Assembly (NCBI GenBank): GCA_951406725.2 | Contig: OX597814.1 | Coordinates: 181,598,001-181,662,000 of the forward strand | DNA length: 64,000 nt | Direction: 5' to 3' | Source of the DNA: Octopus vulgaris | Taxonomy: Eukaryota | Part shown: positions 13,554 to 25,913 of the stretch, piece by piece | How positions within the stretch are numbered: position 1 is the stretch's first letter | Layout: every line of letters starts with the position of its first letter | The notes under the pieces: generated by a model | Seen by the model: only the letters and a program-made list of their open reading frames with translations | What the model was told of the DNA's origin: nothing | The model's database searches: none | Program-made: the position numbers and the translations under genes

Positions 13554-15299
13554 GACAGGCTTCTTTCAGTTTCTGTCTTCCAAATCCACTCACAAGGCAT
13601 TGGTCGACCCGGGGCTATAGCAGAAGACACTTGCCTAAGATGCCACGCAGTGGGACTGAACCCGGAACCATGTGGCTGGTTAGCAAGCTACTTACCACAC
13701 AGCCACTCCTGCGCCTATGGTCATAATATATGGTCATAAATTGTCTTTCATGTTCTATGCCAGTTCTATGCTAGTTCTAAAATCTCTAAATGTTACCAGC
13801 TATAACAATTATTGAAGTTAAAAATTTCTTTCTCTATAGTGATGAATAAACTGGAATTGAACAGTAAATATGTCAATTGTCTTTCATCATGTTCTATGCC
13901 AGTTTAGTTTCTCAAATTCCTTCAGTTCGTCATTTTGTTATAATTCTATTCACTTTTAGGATGCATTATAAGAATATAAATCAGCTACTGTACTTTTTCT
14001 TTTACATACTGACTCTGGAAGGAGGAACAGGGCCCATAATCTTTATAGGCCTTGAGTGACCAATGAATCTGACACTGTTCATATTCCCTTTAAATTGTTG
14101 CCAGCCAAAACCTGCAGGAAAGACATGAGCAGGGAGAAGATTCCATAAGGTTGATATTCTGGGAAGGACAGTGCTTAGTGGTTAGTGTAGGAGTTTGTGG
14201 TTGGGGAGTAAACTGAATGTAACAGGGGTGATAAGAAGTGACGAGATGAGTGGTTTGGGGTGCCTAACTGTGGGAGGTATAAGGCGGCGAGCTGGCAGAA
14301 TTGTTAGCACGTCAGGCAAAATGCTTAGCGGTATTTCGGCTGCCGTTACGTTGTGAGTTCAAATTCCGCCTATGTCGACTTTGCCTTTCATCCTTTCGGG
14401 GTCGATAAATTAAGTACCAGTTAAGCACTGAGGTCGATATAATCGACTTAATACCTATGTCTGTCCATGTTTGTCCCCTCTATGTTTAGCCCCTTGTGGG
14501 TAATAAAGAAATAGGTATAAGGCCAGCCAACTCCAAGGAACAGAGGCCATTATAATAGTAATAGAAAAGACAAAAAAAGAGACGGCACACCTGTGGGCTA
14601 GAGATTGGAGCATGTTTGTTAGTACATCCAATATGATAAATCTCTGCATGTAAAACTATACCACCATCAATTTATTTCTGTATATGCAGCTCATTATGTT
14701 TATCTGGAGTGAATAGGTGAGATAATATTTTTAGGATGTTGTTATAATGCACTCTGAGGTGTTATATACATGTCTTCATGTTTTGAAGTAGAATTTTTTC
14801 ATGTTGTGACAAAGGTTGTCAACTGTCAGGGCTAAAGTTTGCTGCAACAACAAACTCTGTTCCAGATGGGCTTTCATTTTCAGTATTTATATTTGTTGTG
14901 TATATATTTGGTCTCTGAATGTGATCTGCAGACAACCTGTGATGATACATTGTTTACTGCTCCGAGTAAATTGTGGGGTATTTGGGGGTGGGGTTGCAGA
15001 AAGATTGGGGCTTCAGGCAAGACTAGCATAATCATTGATAGATTTAATGTATTACTGTTGGTTGTTTGTCACTAAGAATGAAGATATGGATTTGGTAGAT
15101 ACAACTTTAAGTCAAGCCTTGGCATGATTTTTGTGGTTAAAATGTTCATTTTGCAAACATGTTATTACAGATTCAATTCCAGCATCTTGAGCAAGTGTCT
15201 TCCTATCATAGCCATGAGTTGTCTAAGACCTTGTGAATAAAATTTTGTTGATAGAAACTGCGTAAAAGTCCATCAAACACACATGCTTATGTATGTGTG

Positions 15300-15330
<31 letters not shown>

Positions 15331-15348
15331 TGTGTGTGAGAGAGAGAG

Positions 15349-15396
<48 letters not shown>

Positions 15397-16296
15397 CCCA
15401 TACATGCATGTATGTATATATCTTTTGCCAATGTATATCAACAGAACTAGTGTCTGACCTCTTAGAAATTTGTAGCCCATGATGTTGTTGTTCCCAAAAT
15501 CTATATATATATAAAGCTGAAGTTGTCTGCGTATGCCAGGTTTGGTAGCCTTCAACTAACACTATTTCCTCCGAGACCCTGCGGTGCAAGTTGACCAAAA
15601 TTGAGAGTATGATAGAAGGCTTTACATCAAAAAGGTGCTTTTTTTCTATGAAAATCCCTATTTTTTACGATTTTTTGACTGCTGTGTCGCCATCTTTTGG
15701 TGTATTTCAACCAGAAAAATGTTCACTTAAAGAGAATAACAAGCTACATAATGCAAAAATTTTACTTATCATAAATTCCAATTCTAAAGGGTCAAAACAA
15801 ACCCGAGCAACGCAGGGCGATACTGCTAGTGTAACATAAAGCAAGAAAAGAATAGACTAAATCTCTCATTTTGAAGCCAGGTCTCTATGTGTGATAAATG
15901 CAGTGTAGGAGTTGTCGTGTGAAAGTATCAGAAGAAATAGTAGCAAGATGCAAGTGTGATATCATCTATGTATAAAACTATGTATATTTTGAAGAGGTAT
16001 TGGAAGATCATGTAGGTAAAAAGGTTGAAAAGAAAGGGTGAGATAGCAGGTACTTGCTATACCCCATTCAGATGATAGCAAGGTGGAATTGCAAGTACTG
16101 GAAGTGGAGCTTTTGTGTATAGCACATAGACTTCATGAGCAGACAGCCAACAGCGGCAGCAATGGTGGTGGTGGCAGCATCAATGGTGGTGGTGGTGGTG
16201 GTCTCAGTAGTAGGTAGGTTGTTATGTTATAATTGCTGGTTATGGAATAGTAATGCTGTAGATTTGGTTGTTGTCATAATGATGATGATGATGATG

Positions 16297-16328
<32 letters not shown>

Positions 16329-17150
16329 AATAACAACAACAACAACAACAACAATAATAATAATAGTAATAACATATTAAAGCATGGCAGTAGCCCAACA
16401 TGTCATGTATGTCAACAACAAAACGAAACCATTGATCATGTTGTCTCCAAGTGCAGTCTTCTTGCGCCTACCGAGTATCTCAACAGGCATGATAGAGCTG
16501 CACAATATATTCACTGGGTAGCCTGGACTTGCCCCATGATAAAAACTGGTGGGAACACAAACCACCTCCAGTGCTTGAAAATGATCACATCTCACTCCTC
16601 TGGAACTTCACCATTCAAACTGACAGAAATATAGATACAAATAGGCCAGACATCATATTGAAAGACTTCAGACAAAGAACATGCCTCCTCATTGATATGA
16701 CTGTCCCAACCGATATAAACGTATCTGTCAAGACCTACCAAAAACTGAGCAAATATAAATATCTTGAAATAGAAATCAGCAAAATGTGGAAGCTGAAGAC
16801 TAAAACAATACCTGTTGTCATAGGTGCCCTGGGAATGATAGCAAAAGGGGTTGATTGCTACCTAGCTCAGATACCAGGAAACCCCCAAATGGCAGAAATT
16901 CAAAAGATAGTGCTCATGGCAACTGCCCATATCCTAAGCAAAATACTTTCTATGTAATCTCAAATTTTAAAACAAACACTTAATTTTCTTATGGTTTCTT
17001 AAGCATTCTCTAGAACAACACTATGTACAAAAATTTAAAATATATGGCACCCTAGGTATAACACCAACATGAACTTCTAACTTGTCTCTTGAGGTCTCTG
17101 GGTGAGACTTGAAGCCAACTTGTACAAATGTAAAGCAAAAGTCAAACAAA

Positions 17151-17195
<45 letters not shown>

Positions 17196-17675
17196 TAATA
17201 AAAGAGATATATATGTGTAAGGGTGAGAGCAAGAAAATAAGAATGAACATAAAATGTAAAACATTTCAAAGGACTTGCCAATCTTTTGCTGTCAGTTTTA
17301 CGCATTTTTAAAACTGTATACATGCGTATGTGTGAGTGTGTATGTATGCTTTGTGCAGCTATATATACAATGTATGCATAGCACAATGTTAAAGGAAATA
17401 GGAAGAAAGAGCCGTTTGTTTCTTTATTAACTTTTACATTGGTTTTTGTACTTCTGCATAAAAAGAACTCTTTTCATAAAGAAAATGGAGACACATATTT
17501 ATTGTTCAATTCCAGTTTATTCAACAATATAGAGAAAGAAAATTTTAACTTCAGTAATTGTTATAGCTGGTAACATTTAGAGAATTTAGAACTAGCTATT
17601 TTGCTCATTAATTGTTATAGTGTTTTTGCAATAGAAATGAAAACACTTGATTGAGTAAATAAGACAGCAGTTGAG

Positions 17676-17706
<31 letters not shown>

Positions 17707-17906
17707 ATAAATATAAATATATATATATATACACACATACTTACATACATAGATGCATATATATATACATGTGTATATATATATATATGTATATATTATT
17801 CAAAGGAATTCCAACTCTGTCTGTGTTTTATGTTTTATTTATATTCTTATAATATTAATGTAGGATATAGAATATATCATATCTATAAAAGGCATGATGT
17901 GAGTGC

Positions 17907-17941
<35 letters not shown>

Positions 17942-18608
17942 TGATTGTAATTTATGCACGTCCACAAATTAGCACACATGTCACTCCAATTTTAGGACAT
18001 TCGTCAACACCCTACCTGGGTTTTGTCAACTTATTTTTTTCCCCCGAGGCACCCGTGGATACAGGTAAAAATCTATTTTCAGCAATATTTTTTAGCCATA
18101 GAAAATATCAGCCATAGCTTTTTGACGTCGTCTAACAAAAAAAAAATAAGATAAAGAAAAGTGGAAGAGAAGCAGAGTTTCATGGGGTCTAAACAAAAAA
18201 AAAGAGAAAGACAAAGTGAGAGAGAGAGAGAGGGAGAGAGAGAAAGAGTAAGTGACGACATTCATAAAAAATATCAGCCATAGCTTTTTGACAGCATCTA
18301 ACAAAAAAATAAGATAAAGAAAAGAGGAAGAGAAGCAGAGTTTCACGGTGTCTAAACAAAAAAAAAGGGAAAGACAAAGTGAGAGAGAGAGAGAGGGAAA
18401 GAGAGACATAAGTATTGATTGTCTTATTAAATAGATGAAATATTGAATATCAAATATTAAAGGACTGGTATACTTTCTTGCATTTAAGCAGTCTTCGAGG
18501 TCCCAGGTTGTGACAGGAATTAATAAGAATATAAATAAAACATAAAAAACAGAGTTGGAATTCCTTTGAATGATAAATATCCTTCTATACACAATCATAC
18601 AAACCGCT

Positions 18609-18649
<41 letters not shown>

Positions 18650-18786
18650 TAAATGGATAAATATTCGAAAATATTTATATATATATTATTATTATCATTA
18701 ATGAAATGTATGATAACAACAATAATATAGGTGGCTGACATGCAAAAGCCAATAAATGGCAAATCCAAAATTTTATAGTTAATTTA

Positions 18787-18883
<97 letters not shown>

Positions 18884-19349
18884 ACACAGAGTAAAGGCTT
18901 GTGGCTTGTGGTTAGTGTACAACACTTACAATAGTGAGATCATGGTTTTGAATCCCCAGACCAAGCAGTAGGTTGTGTTCTTGAGCAAAACACTTCATTT
19001 CATGTTGCTCAGCAATCATTTCAACATCTGACATGTGGTACACAATGGACCTACAATATGATTGAGGGAGTGAGTTAATGTAAAGGACAAATATTTGACC
19101 ACTATGAATAAATCATCTGTGTAGGTTTTTCTGCAGGAAGTTGTGGAACCCTCATTTGTCATTTACTACAGTATAGACCACCATATATATATATATAGGT
19201 GCAGGAGTGGCTGTGTGGTAAGAAGCTTGCTTCCAAACCACATGGTTCTGAGTTCAGTCCCACAGCATGGCACCTTAGGCAAGTATCTTCTACTATAGCC
19301 TTGTGCCAACCAAAGTCTTATGAGTGGATTTGGTAGACAGAAGCCTGTC

Positions 19350-19392
<43 letters not shown>

Positions 19393-22300
19393 GTTGTGTA
19401 TCTGTGTTTGTCCCACCATCATCACTTGACAACCAATGTTGGTGTGTTTACATCCCCATAACTTAGCAGTTCAGCAAAAGAGACCTGTAGAATAAGTACT
19501 AGGCTTACAAAGAATAAGTCCTGGGGTCGATTTGTTCAACTAAAGGCGGTGCTCCAGCATGGCTACAGTCAAATGACCGAAACAAGTGAAAGAATATATA
19601 TATTAACTGGAAATGTTTCACGGCTAAATAAGCAGTCAAAAGTTCTCTACTGAAGGTGCTATACCTTGACTCTGCTAGTTTGAGGCATTTGGAAAAAAAA
19701 AGAAAGGGATTGCCAAGCATTTAGAACAAACGGTTGCAAAATTCCACTAATTCCTACACCCGATCTATCAGCCATTAATGATAAGGGTGCATCTGGAACA
19801 GGGTGAGCCAAAAACATAAATCTTGATAGCTTGTCCTTAATATCCTCAAAAGCTTTTAGTTGAGTAGAATTTAATGATATCAGTTCGTTTTTTTGTTTTT
19901 TTTTATGTAAAAGTTCTATGATGGGGAAAATTGTTTGAGTGCAATGTGGAATAAATTTTCTATAGAAGTTAATCAAACCGAGAAATTCTCGTAACTTTGT
20001 TACAGAAGAAGGTACTGGAATATCATGAATAGCATCAAACTTATCCTGTAATGGACATATTCCCTCTTTATCAATTATATGTCTCAGAAAAGTGATGGGA
20101 GAAACACCAAAACCAGATTTATTTGCATTAATTATCCAGCATGTTAGAGGTTGATTGCTTTAAAGTAAGAATTGGATATATTAATAAAAGATAAAATGTC
20201 TAAATATCTGAGACAATGTATTGTTAATACAATTATTATTTTACAGACAAATAACCTTATTTTTAGAGATGAAATTATACTGTAATAAATTGGTATATGT
20301 ATGGTGAACACTCAAAATGAGGACTCACATATTTATTCTAAATACATTCCAAAAGATTGAGCACCTTTTCAAACTCCACCATACTGGATTCAGAATTAGA
20401 TTCAGGAATATCTTTGATGATAGATCTATTCAGTCAGTTCTGATAATAGTAAATATGCTTCTTTTTTTTTACATAAAAATGTTCACCACAAAAGGTGGGG
20501 GTTTTTTTCATGTGTAAAAATTCTTTGTAGATAACTTACTTTCAATAACTAACTAAAATATCATTGACCTGGCTTAAAACATACAAAGAAAAATTCTATG
20601 TAATTTTTTTTTAATTGTTTCTGGTATTGAATAATCATTACACAATAAAATCTGTTGTAAATTACATTTGTTTTCCCTATTATCATAATTTTTTCCATAC
20701 TGGATTCAGACTTAGATTCAGGAATATCTTTGATGATAGATCTATTCAGTCAGTTCTGATAATAGTAAATATGCTTCTTTTTTTTACATAAAAATGTTCA
20801 CCACAAAAGGTGGGGGGTTTTTTCATGTGTAAAAATTCTTTGTAGATAACTTACTTTCAATAACTAACTAAAATATCATTGACCTAACTTAAAACATACA
20901 AAGAAAAATTCTATGTAATTTTTTTTTAAATTGTTTCTGGTATTGAATAATCATTACACAATAAAATCTGTTGTAAATTACATTTGTTTTCCCTATTATC
21001 AAAATTTTTTAAATAAAAGAAAATGAAACAATTTCCCTTTTGAAAACCTTGCCTGGCTTATAATAGAAGTTTCAAAGTGAAATGTTATTCAAAAATATTC
21101 CATTTAAAAGTACACTATTATACTAACAAATGACAACCATGCATACAAAAAATTCCTTTCATAACAATTGCATATATATATTTGTTGCCCACATAACTAA
21201 TCCACCTACTTACAACTTAAGATTTACTAATGAAAATATGTAATATATTGAAAACAAAATAGATTCACTAATAATTTCTATTATGTTATCAGTTTTATAT
21301 ATTTAAAAAGATTTACCATCGTAACCATTTTTATTGGTATGCTACATTTTAGTGGGTAAGCCTTACAACCAAGGAATTTTTAATGATTAGTAGTCCCCAT
21401 AAACATAATAAAAATCATAGTAATATGATATTTCTTTTTGTTTTTATTAACCTAATTTAAAATAGCTTAATTATGTATCAGAATGATTTAGCTAAGTTAT
21501 TGTTAAAATAGTTTAGCAAAGTCAGACTATTAACCTCAAGCAATTAATGGTATTGTTCTCCATAATCATACTGTTGAAACCTTACATCATTTAACATCTG
21601 TTTTCCTTGATGATATGGGTTGGAGATTAAACATCTATTTTCTGTTCTGGGATATATTGGAAATAAAGGCTATGAGTTCAAAACCATCCTAGTAAAAATA
21701 GAGTGACTGAGAATGGTCAAACATTAAACAAATTCAACCACAACAAAGTACAGAGGTACATGATTAAAGAGATTAATGATCAGGAAATTGTAAAATGATT
21801 TTTAAAATTATATACCACTCTGAGTTCATGATATAATAATTAATGTTAGAGACAGTTACAAGCAACCACCTCCTTCTTCACTATGAGCCTCTCCTTTACT
21901 CAGTGATTGCCAATATGATTTCTGTAGAGCCAGATCATTAACAGAACTGTTTGTTCCTTCTCAAGCCACGCCTGGCTCATAAGGGCCGGTTTCCTGGTTT
22001 CCTTGGTGTATAGGTTCTCCACCTGGACAGGACGCCGGTCCATCGCAGGTGAGCTGCAAGGTGCAGAAGGAAAGAGTGAGAGAAAGTTGTGGCGAAAGAG
22101 TCAGCAGAAGTTCGCCATTACCTTCTGCCGGAGCCACATGGAGCTTAGGTGTTTCGCTCATAAACACACACATCGCCCAGTCTGAGATTCGAACCCGCGA
22201 TCCCTCGACTGCGAGTCTGCTGCTCTAACCACTAGGCCATGTGCCTCCACATTAACAGAACTCCTGACATTTGACCTTTTTTCACTGAAAGCAATCTTGC

Positions 22301-23534
22301 CGTATTTGACATCAGCAAAACCTTCAATAGTAGCTGTCAGGAGAACTTCCTTTATAACAATAATAATAATAATAATAAAATGCCCTGATGCAGTACCAGG
22401 CAGTGGCTCTCATGGCTTCTGATCTTAACAGATTGGAAGAGTTATCATGTACATTGTTTTGTCTTGGTATAAAAGCTGGACTACACCAAATATTCTACTC
22501 AATACCACAGATTTGCTTCTTAATTGTCAGTTGAGCATGTCCCTTATTAGCTGATGATATGTGTATCTCTGATCATGAGCAGAAGTAGTGGGAGAGCATC
22601 ATAACCATGCGCTGAGAGGAATTCTTTGGGGTTTGGATAATTCACCTTTGAAAACATGGGTGTTTTTTCAACATCCTTAAACAGCCCTTATTCAGGGACT
22701 TTTTGAGCAGAATGGGCTACTCAACCTGAAGAAAATTCTAACTGGCCCCACCTGCAAGGTTATGCACTGTTTATCTTGATATGAGATCACTATGTTGTGC
22801 ACATATGGTTGTGATGCATGTGCCTGGTGTACCCTCATCAGACGGGTAATCATGATGGGTAGTCATGATGGATATACTGGGCTTCGTAGCAGACAGGTAG
22901 TCTTGATGGGCTTTGTATATTTTACGCCAGTGTCACTTTGAATGCATGCACTATTCTCTCACTCAATAATAATAATGATAATAATTATGGCTTCAAATTT
23001 TGGCACAAAACCAGTAATTTAAGGGAAGGAGTGAGTTGATTTAAATGTCTCGTAAAAATACTGAGAAAAGGAGAACATATATGAAGAACTAGTGAAAACC
23101 CTACAGTTCTTACACCGAGGCTTCAGAATTTCACTTGTACCTTTTATCAAAGGCCTATGCAACAATAGATCTACAAAAATATTCAGAAATGTTGTGGTCC
23201 TCCAAAAGACAACAGAGCAAACTGATTCACTTTTTCCAAATACGATTGACTGGAAGTAAAGTGAAGATTTGTAAAACATTCCAGGGATTGTCCATTTGAG
23301 GTTCCTGAGCTGAACACATGCACACAATCGCATATACATATGGAAAATACACATAGGCATAGGAGTGGCTGTGTGGTAAATAACTTGCTTACCAACCACA
23401 TGGTTCCGGGTTCAGTCCCACTGCGTGGCACCTTGGGCAAGTGTCTTCTGCTATAGCCTCGGGCTGACCAAAGCCTTGTGAGTGGATTTAATAGACGGAA
23501 ACTGAAAGAAGCCCGTTGTATATATGTTTGTGTG

Positions 23535-23573
<39 letters not shown>

Positions 23574-25872
23574 ATGTGTGTGTATATGTTTGTGTGTCTG
23601 TGTTTGTCCCCCCAACATCGCTTGACAACAGATGCTGGTATGTTTACATCCCCATAACTTAGCAGTTCGGCAAAAGACACGGATAGAATAAGTACTAGGC
23701 TTACAAAGAATAAACCCTGGGGTCGACTTGCTCGACTAAAGGTGGTACTCCAGTATGGCCACAGTCAAATGACTGAAACAAGTAAAAGAGTAAAGAGTAT
23801 ATGTGCATAGATAGTGATGAAGTACACAATTGTATACTAAAGTAACACACACACCTACTCAAATGCATGTTTGTCCATGCACACACACACACACACACAC
23901 ACACATTAAATGAGAAGTCTTAACCAATAAAACTTTAACAAGCTCTACAGACATAACATGGCTTACAAAAACTCTGACTAGTATGGATGTATTATCTTTT
24001 AATATTTTTCTATTTTTTTACTTTAAGGAGTGTGGTGTGTAGTATGCTGCAATTGCTCCTTAGTGTAAATGTATGGTGAGCCTTCTTAAACTGTATCAGC
24101 TACACTGGTTTATACAGATTGGATTATATATGTCAAGAATGTTATGTTGCCTGATGCTGTATAAATTGGGTCTTAATATGTGAAGAATTTAACGTGGCAA
24201 GGTGACAGACTCATTAACATGTTGCTCAAAATGCTTAGCAGTGCTTCATCCATATTTACATTCTGAGTTCAAATTCTGTCATGGTTGACTTCACCTTTCA
24301 TCCTTTTGGGGTCAACAAAATAAGTACCAGTTAAACACTGGGATCAATTATACCCCCCAAAAAACAATTGCTGGCCTTGTGACAAAATTTGAAATCAATA
24401 TATGAAGAATTGGTAAACTAAGGAAGTTACGAATTATGTTTTTTTCTTCTTCTTTCAGTTCAACATATTTATTCCAATATCATTTCTGATCGCAGTAGCA
24501 TTCCTTCTTATCATCCCATTTGTTGCGGCACCAAGAGAAGCTAGTATAGGACTTATAATAACTCTGTCTGGAATACCTGTCTACTATTTGGGAGTCATAT
24601 GGAAGTCAAAACCTGAATTTTTCCAGAAAGCTATAAGTAAGAAAATTATATTACATATATATATATCCTTGGTTTATTTTTGTATCATATTTTTAGGAAG
24701 GGCATCCAGCCGTAGAAACACTGCCAGATCTGACTGGGCCTGATGAAGCCTTCCGGCTTCACAGACTCCAGTTGAACCGTCCAACCCATGCTAGCATGGA
24801 AAACGGACGCTAAATGATGATGATGATGATGAATGATGATTAATCTTTTATAACTGGTAAATTCAGATAAAAATTGTTGAGATATAAAAAAAATTATAGG
24901 TTTATACATTAAAGATGTTAAATCTGCTTGTAAATGATTTAAACCAAGTTAGAAAAAGCAATATATTGTTGGAAAGTAACCTCTTGAGGGCTTAATTTTT
25001 ACAGAGAAAATTCCTTTTGATTAACAACAAACAAAATAGCAATAGAATTCCCTTTAAAATTGTTTTATATTATTCCTTGCAGTTTTATTCAACCTTTGTC
25101 TTAAGTTTCCCTTAAATTATCAATATAAATTGCTATAATAAAAAAAAAGAGAAATGAGAGAAGACAAGAGCTAAAACAGATTAAGATACAGAATATGCTA
25201 AGACAGACTATCTATAATTTCCTTGGACTTTAGGGGGTTTTTTGTTGTTTTTATTGGCACTGTTTTGGGTGTTTTTTTTCCTATTTTTCAATGTTTGTCA
25301 TACTTTGATAGTCAATATTTCTCAAATCCACAAATTTGTTGATGAGGAGTATTGTGAAAAAAATCCAGGTGATCACCTCAATAGTACTTTATGCAGGTGG
25401 TACATTGTGTTCTTGAGCAAAACACTTCATTTCATGTTGCTCTGTGACTACTTTGTCACCCAACTCATGATACATTGTGCACCTGTTCAGACAACGTCGA
25501 TTTGATGGAGAGAGTGAATTAATGTGCAGCGCAAATATTTGATGACTAAAAAATCATTTGTGCAAAGCTGAATGCTCATATGTTGTCTTCGAGAGGAGAG
25601 TCCATCATACATATATATATATATTGGTAAAAACGGTAAGATAACAAAAGAAAGAAAGAGACCTCAATATTATGTAAATAGAGGAATTTATCTGTAAATA
25701 TAATATGTGACAATTATTCAGTAGCCGAGATAAAACTCTGAGTTTTGGATGCCAAGGTGGAATCCACACCACCATATTGAACTGAAGAGATGGTGGCGTG
25801 GATTTCCACCTCGGCATCCGAAACTCAGAGTTTTATCTTGGCTACCAAATAATTATCACATATTATATTTAC

Positions 25873-25913
<41 letters not shown>

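Noticed and set aside
13457-13739. Recurrent ORFs (…[24 protein letters not shown]) appearing many times
   Set aside because: Antisense translations of SINE family A, not a gene family.
14520-15130. Possible old LINE remnant (also 30240-30720)
   Set aside because: Too decayed to read any diagnostic motif by eye.
22170-22250. tRNA-like sequence on the minus strand (also 26880-26978 and the SINE A heads)
   Set aside because: These are SINE heads continuous with SINE bodies and TSDs; there is no proper acceptor stem.
22810-22850. CTGATGAG on the minus strand as a possible hammerhead core
   Set aside because: No downstream GAAA or stem III at a suitable distance.
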